Assembly: GCA_951406725.2 (NCBI GenBank)
Contig: OX597829.1
Span: forward strand, 9,920,001-9,984,000
Direction of reading: 5' to 3'
Origin: Octopus vulgaris
Lineage: Eukaryota
Length of the DNA stretch: 64,000 bases
Positions 27,502 through 40,519 of this stretch are shown piece by piece. The translations under genes and the position numbers were made by a program. The notes under the pieces were generated by a model that saw nothing but the letters and a program-made list of their open reading frames with translations, was not told the origin of the DNA and made no database searches. Position 1 is the stretch's first letter, and every line of letters starts with the position of its first letter.

Positions 27502-27685
27502 CATGTTATTGAAAGGGCGGCTGCTGAACAAGAATCTTTTTTGTGCATGGCACAAAAGATTGTGCAGCAGCTAACCTGGCTCCATCAAACTCAAACTCGC
27601 AGATGGGACCATCCACAATACACAAGGCCGCCACAGCAAATAGACCCAAGGTGGACACGCTGGCAACAGTATACACCTCACCTCG

Positions 27686-30594
27686 ATGCTCCTACTGAAC
27701 ATCAGAGGACTGCTAACACTCAGTAATAGGACAAAAATCCAGTTCTTGAGAGACTTTGTTGCATGCAATCAAGCCTTATGCATTGCACTTACAGAAACAC
27801 ACCTGAAACCGGACGTAGCAGATGCGGAAATACACATACCACAGTATGTTGTACTACGGACCGACAGAAAAGAAAGGAGTCATGGAGGAGTTGTTGTGTA
27901 CATCCATGAGCCTCACACCCCAGGTCCTTTTGTCATACTCAAATTCGGTGTGTGACACACTAATTGTACATATAAGGCAACTTTGTGTAGTTATATGTGC
28001 TACATATCGCCCTCCAGATGCCCCAAGACATGAAGGCAAGTTTGAAGACTGACTTATAAAAATAGAAGAAGTTCTAGTCACATTAGAACAACACATAAGT
28101 GTACTTCTTATGGGAGACTTCAATCTACCCAATATCAGATGGCCCGAGGGCCTTTCTCTCCCAGGAATGACACGATGCGAATGAGGACAGGCGAGGTCCC
28201 TCCTGAACCTCATCAACACTCTGTACATGGAGCAAGTAATACTCCAACCAACCAGGGCAGGTAATATACTGGATCTCTGCTTCACAAATAATATGGATCT
28301 CATCCGTAATGTGAAAGTGACGCCGACACTACTCTCGGATCACAACATGGTAGAGTTGACCATGTACGGGCCAAAGGAAAGCATGGGCATGCAGCCTACA
28401 AGAAACTCTCAGAATCTTTCCAGCTTGAACTTCCATAAGGCAAACTGGAAACAAATTGAGAAAGAGATCCTCAAACAAAACTGGCCTGAATGTCTATCCT
28501 CGCCAGACATCGACATGAAACTTCAACAATTTATGTCTGTAATGCAAGCCATATGCTACAAATGTATCCCAGAGAGAAAGGCCACTGTACACAAGAACAA
28601 AATCCCCAGAGAGAGGAAAATTCTAATGAGACGGTGTACACAAATTTCAAATCGCCTAAACAAACAAATTGAAAGCAGTGAAAAGTCCCGCATGAAAATA
28701 AAACTGTTGGAAATTGAAAAATGTCTGCAACTCTCCAATGAAAAAGAAAGAGCAGACAAAGAAGCCTGGGCTATTGACAACATAAAATCTAACCCCAGAG
28801 CTTTCTACAGGTATGCCAAAGAAACGGCTACGGTGCACTGTAGGATAAGGCCACTCCTTGAGAAGGATGGCACACTCACAGGAAATCCAATGAGGGTATG
28901 TGAAATACTAAATGAGCAATTCAAGAGTATTTTCACTCCACCCCTAGGGCATTTTCAAGTCAGCAATCCAACTGACTTCTTTACCACTGCAGATATAAAA
29001 TCAGAGGCAGCGATGATTGATTACATCAATATAAAGGAAGACGATGTAATAAAGGCTATTGATGAAATGAAAACAAGCTCAGCTACTGGCCCCGATGGAT
29101 TCCCAGCAATACTTCTAAAAGTATGTAAGAGAGTCCTAGCAAGACCACTGCAGTTCCTCTTTCAGAGCTTCCTTGCAACTGGCAAACTTCCAAGAAAACT
29201 GAAGGAAGGTAAAATATGCCCTATTCATAAAGGAGGTAGCAGAGCAAAGGCCAAGAACTACACACATCAGCAAGGTCATGGAACGAATAGTCAGAAGGAA
29301 ACTGATCACCTTCCTTGAAGAAAATGACTTGCTGCCTGACACCCAACATGGTTTCCGACCAGGAAGAAGCTGCTTAACCCAGCTCCTACAACACTATGAC
29401 TGGGTGTTGAAACGACTGCTCAACCACTCAAATGTGGAAGTCATATATCTCGACTTTGCAAAGGCCTTTGATAAAGTCGATCATGGAATGATATGTCACA
29501 AACTGCATGATCTTGGCATAGTTGGAAAATTGGGAGAATGGCTTCATGACTTTCTGAAGGATAGAAGTCAGGTGGTAGTAGCCATTAACACGCAAATAGT
29601 GAGCGGTGTTCCGCAAGGCACTGTTCTAGGACCACTACTGTTCATAATGGCCCTCTCAGACATGCCCTCAGCCACGCAGAGAGCCACGATCACAAGTTTT
29701 GCAGATGATACAAAAGTTTCACAGGCAACACAGAACCATGAAGACGCTAAGCACCTGCAATGTGAGCTGGACAAAATATACAAGTGGGCTGAAAAGAGTA
29801 GCATGCAGTTCAATGCTGAAAAGGTTCAAGCTTTATACTATCAGCATGCAAAACTAAATGCAATACCCAATAAATACACTGGACCTGGAGGGATTGCAAT
29901 CCCAGAGGCACAATCAGTACGAGACCTGGGTATTTACATGAGGGATGATGCAACCTTTCATGTTGCTAAATTGGCAATGAAATGTAGGCGGCTGACCGGA
30001 TGGATTCTTAGAACCTTTAGAACAAGAGACCAGGAAACCATGATGGTCCTCTGGAGGACACTTGTCCTAAGCCACTTTGACTATTGCTCTCAGCTATGGT
30101 CACCATCCAGTGTCAAGTTGATCACAGAACTTGAGGCGATCCAACGAAGCTACACGAAGAAGATAGCCTCTGTGCAGCATAGAAGCTATTGGGAAATACT
30201 CAAGAGATTGAGACTCTATTCCTTAGAGCGTAGGCGAGAAAGATATGCCATAATATACATCTGGAAGATCCTAGAAGGACTTGTCCCAAACTTTGGCATC
30301 GAGAGTTACACAAATGCCAGAACTGGGCGCCACTGCATAGTGCCAAGGACTCTAAATTTGCCATCAAGATGTAGGACAAGATACTGTGATAGCCTGGGCT
30401 TCCGAGGCCCACAGCTCTTCAATATCCCCCCGAAGAACCTGTATGGGGTTGATGTAGATGTCTTTAAAATGAAACTGGATCTCTTCTTGTCAGGTATCCC
30501 AGATGAACCAACTTCACGGCAGGAGGTGCAGATGAGGGCAGCTGCATCGAACTCTCTCATGCACCAAATAGCAACTGCTAGAAAGCCTTCATGA
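27686..30594 (+). pseudogene. LINE ORF2 (APE endonuclease + RT), frameshifted
   Basis: ORFs 27686-27955, 27822-28052, 28227-29318 and 29278-30594. Confidence 0.9.
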
Positions 30595-30695
30595 AGTGAA
30601 ACCAAGTAGCAACACCAAATGGCGGTGCCCCAGCATGGCCACAGCTTGTGAGCTGAAACTAAATAAAAATATACATATATATGTATATATATATA

Positions 30696-32230
30696 CTAGC
30701 AGAGTTACCCGGTGTTGCTCGAGTTACATACAATTAAAGAATTAGACTTTTCTGTTATATTTTCTGTAATTAACTGGAATACCTATGTTTCGAATTTCAT
30801 CAAAATTGCAGATTAGGGTTATTTCTCTCTCTACACACCAAAACAAAATTGTAATCGTGCCACATGTATCCCACACTACTGATTTTTATGCGCATATTCC
30901 AAAATCCCAGCCTTATAGAACCTGTTAAAAAGATTTTGCTCCTGAAAAATGAAGGTCATGGAGCTCTAAAATGTGAGAGTAAAGGCCCCTGTTGAGGGTG
31001 GGCATCTTAATGTCAACCACGGAAGTTGAATTGTTGAGAATCTTTTTAGCTTGGTTCTTATATCTATTGTTTGAATTTCTTTGAAATAGGAAATATATGT
31101 TCACTGGGTTTGTACAAGAGAGCAAAGCTACAGGAAACCAAAAGATGAATGATCACAATTAGCAGTCAGCTACAGTACCCTAGTCGTTACCACTCCCAAT
31201 GTTGTATTCTTCACCATCCAGGTGATAGGCACAGCCGTAAGATGCATTACAAATTATAGCAATTGGAAGGGCGTGACACAACTGAAATAAACATTAACAA
31301 CTGTTTCACGTGAGGGCTAAGGAGAAATGAAAGTTGGAGTTTGCAAATGACCACTATACTGATACGTAACTGGACAGAATAAATATGCAATCTATAACTG
31401 TCTTTGAATAACCAGTCACTCATCTGGGAAGGCCTTGAAATCAATGTTACCATGTGGGGACTATGTGTGACCCAATGATAATAAAAAGACTGAAAGTGAA
31501 TCTGCAATCAAATAACTTTACTCAACACTTTGCAACTGAATCAGTGGAGGCAAAGATGCCTCTCATTTACTTGACAATTTATGCACCACATTGCAGAAAT
31601 CACAATGTAAGTGTATGTCAAAGCAAACTGTTACACTGTTGTACCATTGAATTACAAATAATGCTCATCTTTTATGTTCGGGTAACCCTACAGCTTCCAA
31701 GAGCACACCTGTATTCGTTTTTGATTAGATAAAATGTGGGGTCTTTCTAACTTGTAAGAAGGTGAAATGTTATAAATATTACATCATTTGTATCTAATAT
31801 CTATGGTTAAAACTTCATTAACAGCAAAAATATATAAATTGTCATGGGGGTTGTGGCCCTTATGCATAGAATATAATTTCCAAATTTCGTAAATATCCAT
31901 TCAGTACGACATTTTTAAGCAGTTGCTCGCCAAGTGGATTATAATTTTGGTGTTAACTCAAAACGATCTGCACGAGTTGTCACATGTACATGTTTTACCG
32001 GCATCCCTATCCTTCTGGGGCACTAGGTAGTTTGTTCATTGGATGGATAAAACGTCAGTCGAAACTTGAAATACCATTGAAACCAAATTTTACAAATTCT
32101 ATTTTTTGTTAATCGATCTTCCTCGCCAATAGATGTTCCGATAAGATTCTGTGCGTACGTATATAATACACACACACATACATACACAGAGAGAAAGAGA
32201 CAGAGAGACAGAGAAGACAGACAGATAGAC
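30696..32230. mobile_element. Helitron-type element with decayed PIF1-helicase-like remnants on the minus strand
   Basis: ACTAGCAG...CCCGG.GTTGC end shared with 42246; (CAGA)-rich far end; weak helicase-like peptides (TLISRP, SVVSR). Confidence 0.45.
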
Positions 32231-32410
32231 ATTAAATAAACAGAACAGTTATGAGTGAAACTTGAGGTCTAAGTCAAATCAATATCACCGTAGTTCACGT
32301 GTAAGATCCTGAAACTATCACTGACTTTTCTTTTTCAACAAGATGATTAATAATACATAATAATGAGTATGTGCACATGCGTGGTGTGTGTGTGGGGAGT
32401 GTATGTGTGT

Positions 32411-32760
32411 TCTGTGTTTAATCATTTAAATTCTTTCCTTGAAGAATGATCTGGTTTCTTACAAAGATACAAAGTTCCATCTTTGAAATGTAGATAACGA
32501 AAACAATGTCACATTTTAAACCTAAGAAAAGTCTTACATAGTTTTACTGTTACGCTTATACATTGTATTTGTAATGTGTGAATCAGTTAGACGGTTTATT
32601 TTTCTGAAAATCCAAGCTTATCCAGACTGACATTTAGGCATTTACTTACAAGACCAAGTGCACCAGTTATTATTGTAAATTTACTTTTTGCTTTTACTGG
32701 AAATGTAAATTTGTTATCCGGATTAAGAACCTGGAGGTTTCGAGGCAGTTGTAGATAGTT
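32411..32760 (-). mobile_element. Older R4-clade RLE 3' fragment next to (TATG)n
   Basis: Similar to 32920-33301 (GALG..SKCL...LDKLGF...KTFL). Confidence 0.7.
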
Positions 32761-32807
32761 ATGTATGTATGCATGTATGTATGTATGTATGTATGTATGT
32801 ATGTATG

Positions 32808-32838
<31 letters not shown>

Positions 32839-32919
32839 CAGTTAAGCTTCGTGCAATGACCATACTCGATAACGAGGGGGCAGCCATAATAATGTATGTA
32901 TGCATGTATGTATGTATGT

Positions 32920-33301
32920 CCCTTCTATTTTTTAATTATTATAAATCCTCCACTGAGGAGGGAGTCAGTTTCCATCAAAGATACAAGGCTCCATCTTTGG
33001 GATGTAGTTAACAGCCAAATTCACATTTGGAACTTGAGAAAAGTTTTGCATATTTTTACTGTTCCACTCACAGATTGCACTTGTAATGTACGAATTAGCC
33101 GCTCAGTTTCTCTTTCTGAAAATCCCAGTTTATCCAGATTCTCCTTTAAGCATTTGCTGACAAAACCTATTGCACCAATTATTATTGGTATGAATATGAA
33201 TTCATAGTCTGGATATAGAAGCTGGAGGTTTCGAATCGGTTGTCCATAGATATCCTCTTTTTCTTTGAAAGAGATATTTATATTTGCAGGGCAGCTGACC
33301 T
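32920..33301 (-). mobile_element. R4-clade RLE 3' fragment and 3' UTR embedded in (CATA)n
   Basis: VSCP...KEDIYG...IPIIIGAIG...KTFLKF; (CATA)n on both sides. Confidence 0.8.
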
Positions 33302-33609
33302 GTATGTATGTATGTATGTATGTATGTATGTATGTATGTATGTATGTATGTATGTATGTATGTATGTATGTATGTATGTATGTATGTATGTATGCATGCA
33401 TGTATGTATGTATGTATGTGTGTAGGAGAAGGTTTCTCTGATATGAAACCAGATATGCGGGAAATGAACGCCATAGGCGCTACATAATTTTGGGATCATT
33501 TGCTTCCGTTTGAGATCATAGTATTCCCACACTCCAAAGACTGTGACCAATACTAGCATAAAATATCTTGTCTCAGTTCGTCTCTGGATCAAGTGAATAG
33601 TGTGGAGCA

Positions 33610-34030
33610 GGCGTTGCCTATGTCAAGAAGTTTGCTTTCCAACCACATCATTAAGGGTTCAATCTCACAGGGTGGTACTTTGGACCGAAACTCTGTGAAT
33701 GGATTTGGTAGATGGAAACTGATAGAATCCCCTCATATATATTTATAAGACTTGTGTGTGTGTGTATGTGCATACGTATGTGTGTCGGTATGTCTCTGTG
33801 TGTGTAGACCTTTGACACTGTGTTGCCCCCACCACCACCACCACCACATGACCAACTTGGCAACTGGTCTTCGATTCTTCACAACACCGTTACCTAGCGC
33901 TTCGGTAAAAATACAACGATAAAATAAGTCTCAGGCTTGAAATTTTGTTTTAGGATCGGCCTGATCAAGAAAAAACATTCAAGGTGGTACCCCAGCATCT
34001 CCGAAGTCCATTGACTGAAACAACTAAAAG
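33610..34030 (+). mobile_element. Degenerate major SINE copy
   Basis: GGATTTGGTAGATGGAAACTG core and GGTGGTACCCCAGCAT tail. Confidence 0.7.
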
Positions 34031-34035
34031 CCAAA

Positions 34036-34072
<37 letters not shown>

Positions 34073-34935
34073 CGCACTTTTATGTACATATGCCGAAGCA
34101 ATAAAATATTCTCTACATGTCGGTATATGTTATTTGTATTTTGCCTCCACTTTTGTTTTATTTTCTTTTTTGACATTTTTTGTCTCGTTGCTCTTTTATA
34201 TATTTATCTTTTAAAGTATTGTTGCTCACGTGCTTTATTTATTTAGCGTGACAGTCAAAATAAGTATACATTCAGTGAAAATGCACATGTGGGTATATTT
34301 ATTTATGAGGATATGTATATTGTATGTGTGTGAGTTTTAAAATGTGATGCGTGTATATTCAATGAATTTCGCATATTCTTTTCTTTTCTACTTTTCAAAA
34401 CCCCAAATTTTTGGAGAGGGGCCCAGTCGATTAAATCGACCTCGGTGGAATTTGAACTCTGAACGTAGAGACAGACGAAATACCGCTTATACATATCCAC
34501 ATAATCGGTATTAACATAAGCAGAGGGGTATAGTAAACACATATACACAGATACAAATACACCCGCACGCACCCCCCCCACACACACACACATGCACATG
34601 CATACACATTCTCTACTGACAAGACTTCCACTAGAATCGAAACCAGTCAATGAATCTGTTTTCTGTTGTGGAAGAGATAATTATGCAATATTTGTTTACA
34701 TTCATCCACGTATATTAGATTAAATATATGAGAGACTGCTGAAATTTGTCTTGATTATCAAAAGCTACTAATTGAGATTTTCCAACTTACGATATTTAGT
34801 ATATTATTAATGAACTGTCTTGGTTACTAACGAAATTTTTAGTTTGAAAACCGGATGAACCCGTTTAGTAAAGTCATGACTATAAATAGTTATCAGTAAT
34901 GCTTCTGTCCACGAGTAGATGAAATACAGATCTTA

Positions 34936-34977
34936 GTCTCTGATGATCACTCCGATGAGAGACGAAACCAGTCGGAT
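34936..34977 (+). ncRNA. Degenerate type I hammerhead
   Basis: GUCU-CUGAUGA-UCACUC CGAU GAGAGAC-GAAA-CCAG-UC/GGAU; G10.1 appears to be missing. Confidence 0.55.
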
Positions 34978-35283
34978 CGACCCCCCCCCTTTTATTTTCT
35001 ATTTCCCCGACCGCATTCTGAAGAAATTATACATTTGTAAACATTTATCGAATTTGTTAGATTGCATATCAGAGTGATGGCTAAAACTGTTATAATTTAT
35101 CAATAGACATTTCTTACCATATATTTCGCATACGGAGATCAGCTGTAAGATATGTTAGAACTTTTATTAACATTTAGGGTAACAAGATTGGGTGCACGTA
35201 GTGTTGAATTTACAGCACGATGAAGCAACACATAACTGTCATTTATTGGTTGTATATTGTGAATATGTATATATATGCATGCA

Positions 35284-35343
<60 letters not shown>

Positions 35344-35345
<2 letters not shown>

Positions 35346-37060
35346 CATTCCCTGACCGCATTCACAAGACCTTCATTACGGAATAACTCAAGTTCATTCT
35401 GACAAACAATTATTTCCTCTTCGAAAACACACACTACCGTCAAAAATGTGCACCAGTCCTTGCGAACCTCATAATGGGTTTCTTCGAACTATCATTTTAT
35501 GAGATATCATGCCAGAAATTTGAACACTTTTTCCACATCTACTTAATGGAAAACTGGAAGAGATACTTAGATGATTGTTTCATCATATGGAAAGAATCTT
35601 ATGAAAAGCTTCTGGATTTCAAAACTACACTGAACAACATACATCCCAACATTCAGTTCACTATGGAATTCAGCAAACATCATCTCCCTTTCCTTGATCT
35701 CCTAATTATAAAAACACCTAACAACCAAATCATAACAGACATCTACCACAAACCTACAGACAACAATAACTCTTCAGCTCATGCCACCCAAAACACACCA
35801 AGATAAATATTCCTTTCAACTTAGCTAAAAAGGTATGCACCATTTTCTCGGATCCAAAAACTCGAGAAATACGCCTTCAAGACCTCAAAAAAACACTATT
35901 ACAACGCCAATATCCCACCGCACTCATAGAGTATGGAATAAAACGTGCCACAAAGAACTAGACAATAATACACTGAAAAGCACCCAACACAGTAACACAC
36001 ACAACCCCAAAATACTTCCAGACATTTCCACTCACAACCCCCAAAGCATCGAAGCATACACCACAATCATACAAAACCTCCCCTTACTGTCCACAGGCCC
36101 CAAAATGGATAATAATATCAATACACTTAAAATCCTTAAATGTAAAGGCTACATAAATCTTTGAAAAAACTCTTGACAAATGCCAAACTTCACACACCAC
36201 ATCCATCCCCATCAGTTAAAAAATATGCACGCCCTAACTGTGGTACCCTTGAAGGTTCTGAATTTACTTTGAAACAAGGAACAAAGTTTAAAATCAAGAC
36301 CAACTTCTGTTTCTCCGAGAACCTCATCTACGTTCTCACATGCGCCGGTTGCCAACACAATTATGTTGGACAAACGAGCCTTCCTTTACGTAGAAGAGGA
36401 GCGGTCCATAAAGAACAGATAAATCTCCTACAATACCGTCAAATTCCACTAAGTAGAATTTGCGCTAGAGCCAAAAATCCTAAATTTCATATATTCCCTT
36501 TCTACCAATGTAAAGACGGAATCTCCAAACAAGAAAGAATCAACAAGGAGAATCTTTTTTATTGAAAAATTCCAAACGCATCTTAATATACAAACTCCAC
36601 GATGGCCATACTCCTTTTTCTAGCATCCTATCTGACAAAAAATTGATATAAGCATCCTGTTTGACAAAAAATCCATCATTCCAATTAAAGAGCATAAAAT
36701 CCACAGAATTGTCTCCCCTTACTCACAGGAACTGGATAACTCTTACCCCAATTCCTGTTTTGACACACATCACCCAACCCTTTTAAACTAAGCACCACTT
36801 TAAAGCACATGGATCTTAATCCTCCAAAGAAGTTTTTCCAAGGACTATTATTGAACTCTAAAAGCATAAAGACTCTACAAAGCATTGGTATACTTATTTA
36901 TTAATTTTTGTATATATTTATTATTATTTTTTTGAAAAAAACATTGTGAATTTCTTTTTTCTCCGTCCTCAGTTTTAAAAAATTTCTTTTCCCCTTTCAA
37001 ATCTTGAAAATTTGCTTTGCGATGAAAACCGTTATGATTTATTATTTTTTCTTTTTTAAT
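35344..37060 (+). mobile_element. Decayed 5'-truncated Penelope-like element (possibly Neptune-like)
   Basis: RYLDDCF, LPFLD, DIYHKPTD (RT, 35474-35806); NLIYVLTC...YVGQT...RR..VH (GIY-YIG, 36161-36565); starts at (TA)n. Confidence 0.88.
36999..37040 (+). ncRNA. Candidate hammerhead with U3-A8 core
   Basis: AAAUC-UUGAAAA-UUUGC UUU GCGAU-GAAA-ACCGU-UA/(U)GAUUU, downstream of the PLE ORF in sense orientation. Confidence 0.4.
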
Positions 37061-37066
37061 TTTCTA

Positions 37067-37473
37067 TACTCTTTTTACTCTTTTACTTGTTTCAGTCATT
37101 TGACTGCGGCCATGCTGGAGCACCGCCTTTAGTCGAGCAAATCGACCCCGGCACTTATTCTTTGTAAGCCCAGTACTTATTCTATCGGTCTCTTTTTTGC
37201 CGAACCGCTAAGTGACGGGGACGTAAACACACCAGCATCGGTTGTCAAGCAATGCTAGGGGGACAAACACAGACACACAAACACTCACATATATATATAT
37301 ATATATACATATATACGACAGGCTTCTTTCAGTTTCCGTCTACCAAATCCACTCACAAGGCATTGGTCGGCCCGGGGCTATAGCAGAAGACACTTGCCCA
37401 AGATGCCACGCAGTGGGACTGAACCCGGAACCATGTGGTTGGTTAGCAAGCTACTTACCACACAGCCACTCCT
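37067..37473 (-). mobile_element. Major SINE, full length
   Basis: A/B boxes, body and tail as in 10952-11394. Confidence 0.92.
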
Positions 37474-37549
37474 ATACACCCATTTTTATTAAAATTTACT
37501 TTCAATTTGGCATTCTGACTTATTATAATTTTTCCTCTCCTATATATAT

Positions 37550-37715
37550 GTAGTGGCTGTGTGGTAAGTAGCTTGCTAACCAACCACATGGTTCCGGGTC
37601 AGTCTCACTGCGTGGCATCTTGGGCAAGTGTCTTCTGCTATATCCCCGGGCCGACCAATGCCTTGTGAGTGGATTTGGTAGACGGAAACTGAAAGAAGCC
37701 CGTCATATATATATG

Positions 37716-37753
<38 letters not shown>

Positions 37754-37966
37754 CATGTTTGTCTGTGTTTGTTCCCCAACATCGCTTGACAACCGATGCT
37801 GGTATGTTTACGTCCCCGTAACTTAGCGGTTCGTCAAAAAAGAGACCTATAAAATAAGTACTAGGCTTACAAATAATAAGTCCTGGGGGGTCGATTTCCT
37901 CGACTAAAGGCGGTGCTCCAGCATGGCTGCAGTCAAATGACTGAAATAAGTAAAAGAGTAAAGAGT
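37550..37966 (+). mobile_element. Major SINE, full length
   Basis: Same family, opposite orientation to the neighbouring copy. Confidence 0.92.
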
Positions 37967-38110
37967 ATATATACAGACACTCATTAACGCAAAAACACAG
38001 ACATAGATGTACACATAGATACCCAATCCAATATACGAGATTGTAAATCCAACCCAAGGGTAGTTCCAAGTGAAGCGTACGTGCACACACAAACACACAT
38101 ATACATTTAT

Positions 38111-38259
38111 AGGCGCAAGCATGTCAGTATGGTAAGTAGCTTACTTCCCAACCACATGATTCCGGGTTCAGTCCCACTGCGTGGCACTTCTACTATAGCT
38201 TCGGATTGAGCAAAGCCTTGCAGATGGATTTGGTAGACGGAAACTGAAAGAAACCCGTC

Positions 38260-38303
<44 letters not shown>

Positions 38304-38530
38304 GTGAGTGGATGTGCGTGTGTGTGTTTGTGTGTGTGTGTGTGTTTCAATGAGTTTATGTTTATTTCCCAGCATAGCTCGACAACCGTTGTTGGTTTGC
38401 TTATGTCAACGTAACATACTAGTTTGACAAAAAGAGCCCGTCTTTAAAACTCGACCTTAGTACTTATTTAGAATGGCAGTGTTCCCGCATGACCGCACTC
38501 TAATGCCTAAAACAAGGAAAACGTAAAACA
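38111..38530 (+). mobile_element. Major SINE, diverged and internally deleted
   Basis: GGTTCAGTCCCACTGCGTGGCAC head and GGATTTGGTAGACGGAAACTG core. Confidence 0.8.
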
Positions 38531-38611
38531 TAAAACACACACACACACACACACACATACACACACATACACATACACAAACACACACACACATACACAC
38601 ATACACATACA

Positions 38612-38647
<36 letters not shown>

Positions 38648-38804
38648 TTTATGTATGATTTGATGCTCTAAGCAATTAAACCATTTACGTTTCGGTTTTA
38701 ATCGCATCGAAACCCCACTATCGCATGAACGCCTGTCTTGTGTCTATGTGCCCATGATTCTTCTTGTTAATGTGTCTATACGTGTCTCTTTAATCTCTTT
38801 TACA

Positions 38805-38862
<58 letters not shown>

Positions 38863-39016
38863 GCGAGAATGAAGCAACAAGAATGGATAGGTTTTTGTAC
38901 TAAAAACCTATATCATATATCACCCCACATTACTGTATTGTTAAATCAGTATAGTTTTTTTTGGTGCATCTAAGTTAGGTACCATATTCAAGTAAATTCA
39001 TTTAAATTAACTTGAG

Positions 39017-39097
<81 letters not shown>

Positions 39098-39100
39098 TAG

Positions 39101-39139
<39 letters not shown>

Positions 39140-39162
39140 CAGAAAGACAGACAGACAGACAG

Positions 39163-39199
<37 letters not shown>

Positions 39200-39779
39200 T
39201 AGATAGATAGATAGATAGATAGATATATTCATACACAGGGACACGCATATATATATATATATATATACATATATGTCTATAAACAGACGCACATATATAC
39301 ATATATACATATATACATATATATCGTTTTATATATACACATTTTTCTATGCGTTTATGTACATAAAATGCGTATATATTTGTGCATGTATTTTTGCATG
39401 GACGCATATAACTTGAATGTATGTGAGTATAAGTGCGTGTGTGTGTGTTTTAGGTGTGTTTTGTGTGTGTATGTGTGCGCGCGTGTCGGCGATCTGAGTC
39501 GTTGTTTGTATTTCATTATAAAAGCAAGTTTGAAGACTTTAAAGTGAGCAACTGAGGTGTGAATAAAAGATGGAATGTGGTCGTAGAGAAGAAATGTCTG
39601 ATATGAATCTGGTGTTGTTGGAGGTAAACACAGCTCCTACCTCATATTGCCATATATTCATTCGGCTAGACTCACTGGTACACATACATATATCTGTATA
39701 CACGTACGCTCATACACAAATATACATTCACACGTACATACATACATATATACGTATATTTGCATGTATATATACATAG

Positions 39780-39828
<49 letters not shown>

Positions 39829-40414
39829 ACATACATAAATATACACATACACGCGAAAAATCACATATGTATATATATATATATATATACATGTGTATAT
39901 GTGTGTGTCATGCTCGCGTGGGTATCTATGAGTGCTTTTGTGTGTGTATGTATGTATGTAAGTGTGTCTGTAAGTGTGTGTGTGTGTGTGTGTGTGAGTG
40001 TGTGTGTAAGGAGAATCAGAAAATGGTAGGAACTATTTATGGTGACATGCCTTTTGTTCATAAGCTAGAAACTCTAAGAAAAACATTGTGAGTGGGAGAA
40101 AGCGCAGGAATCAGTTACATAGAGCGAGCGAGAGAGGGAGAGATAGAGATAGAGAGAGAATGAGAAATAGAGAGAGGAAAAAGAAAGAGAAGAAAGCGAA
40201 GAATAAGAGAGAATCCAGTCAGAGAGACTGATGTAGAAGGGATGAATGGCCAAGAGGAGAGAGAATCAGAGTGGTATGACACACACATACACCCCACTAT
40301 ATACATACACGAACACACATACATACATTCATACATGCATATATACATGCAAACATAAAAACAAACATGCATGCTTACCTACTCTCATACTTACATACAT
40401 AAATACATACATAC

Positions 40415-40445
<31 letters not shown>

Positions 40446-40450
40446 AAATA

Positions 40451-40516
<66 letters not shown>

Positions 40517-40519
<3 letters not shown>

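Larger units (their letters stand above)
26329..30670 (+). mobile_element. Near full-length, decayed CR1-group LINE (ORF1 with CCCH finger, ORF2 APE + RT)
   Basis: CT-rich repeated 5' region; LLNIRGL, LTETHL, YRPP, GDFN, LDLCF, SDH (APE); QHGFR, YLDFAKAFD, GVPQGTVLGP, FADD (RT); A-rich tail. Confidence 0.9.

Noticed and set aside
27854-30605. Minus-strand ORFs within the CR1-group LINE
   Set aside because: Antisense shadows of ORF2.
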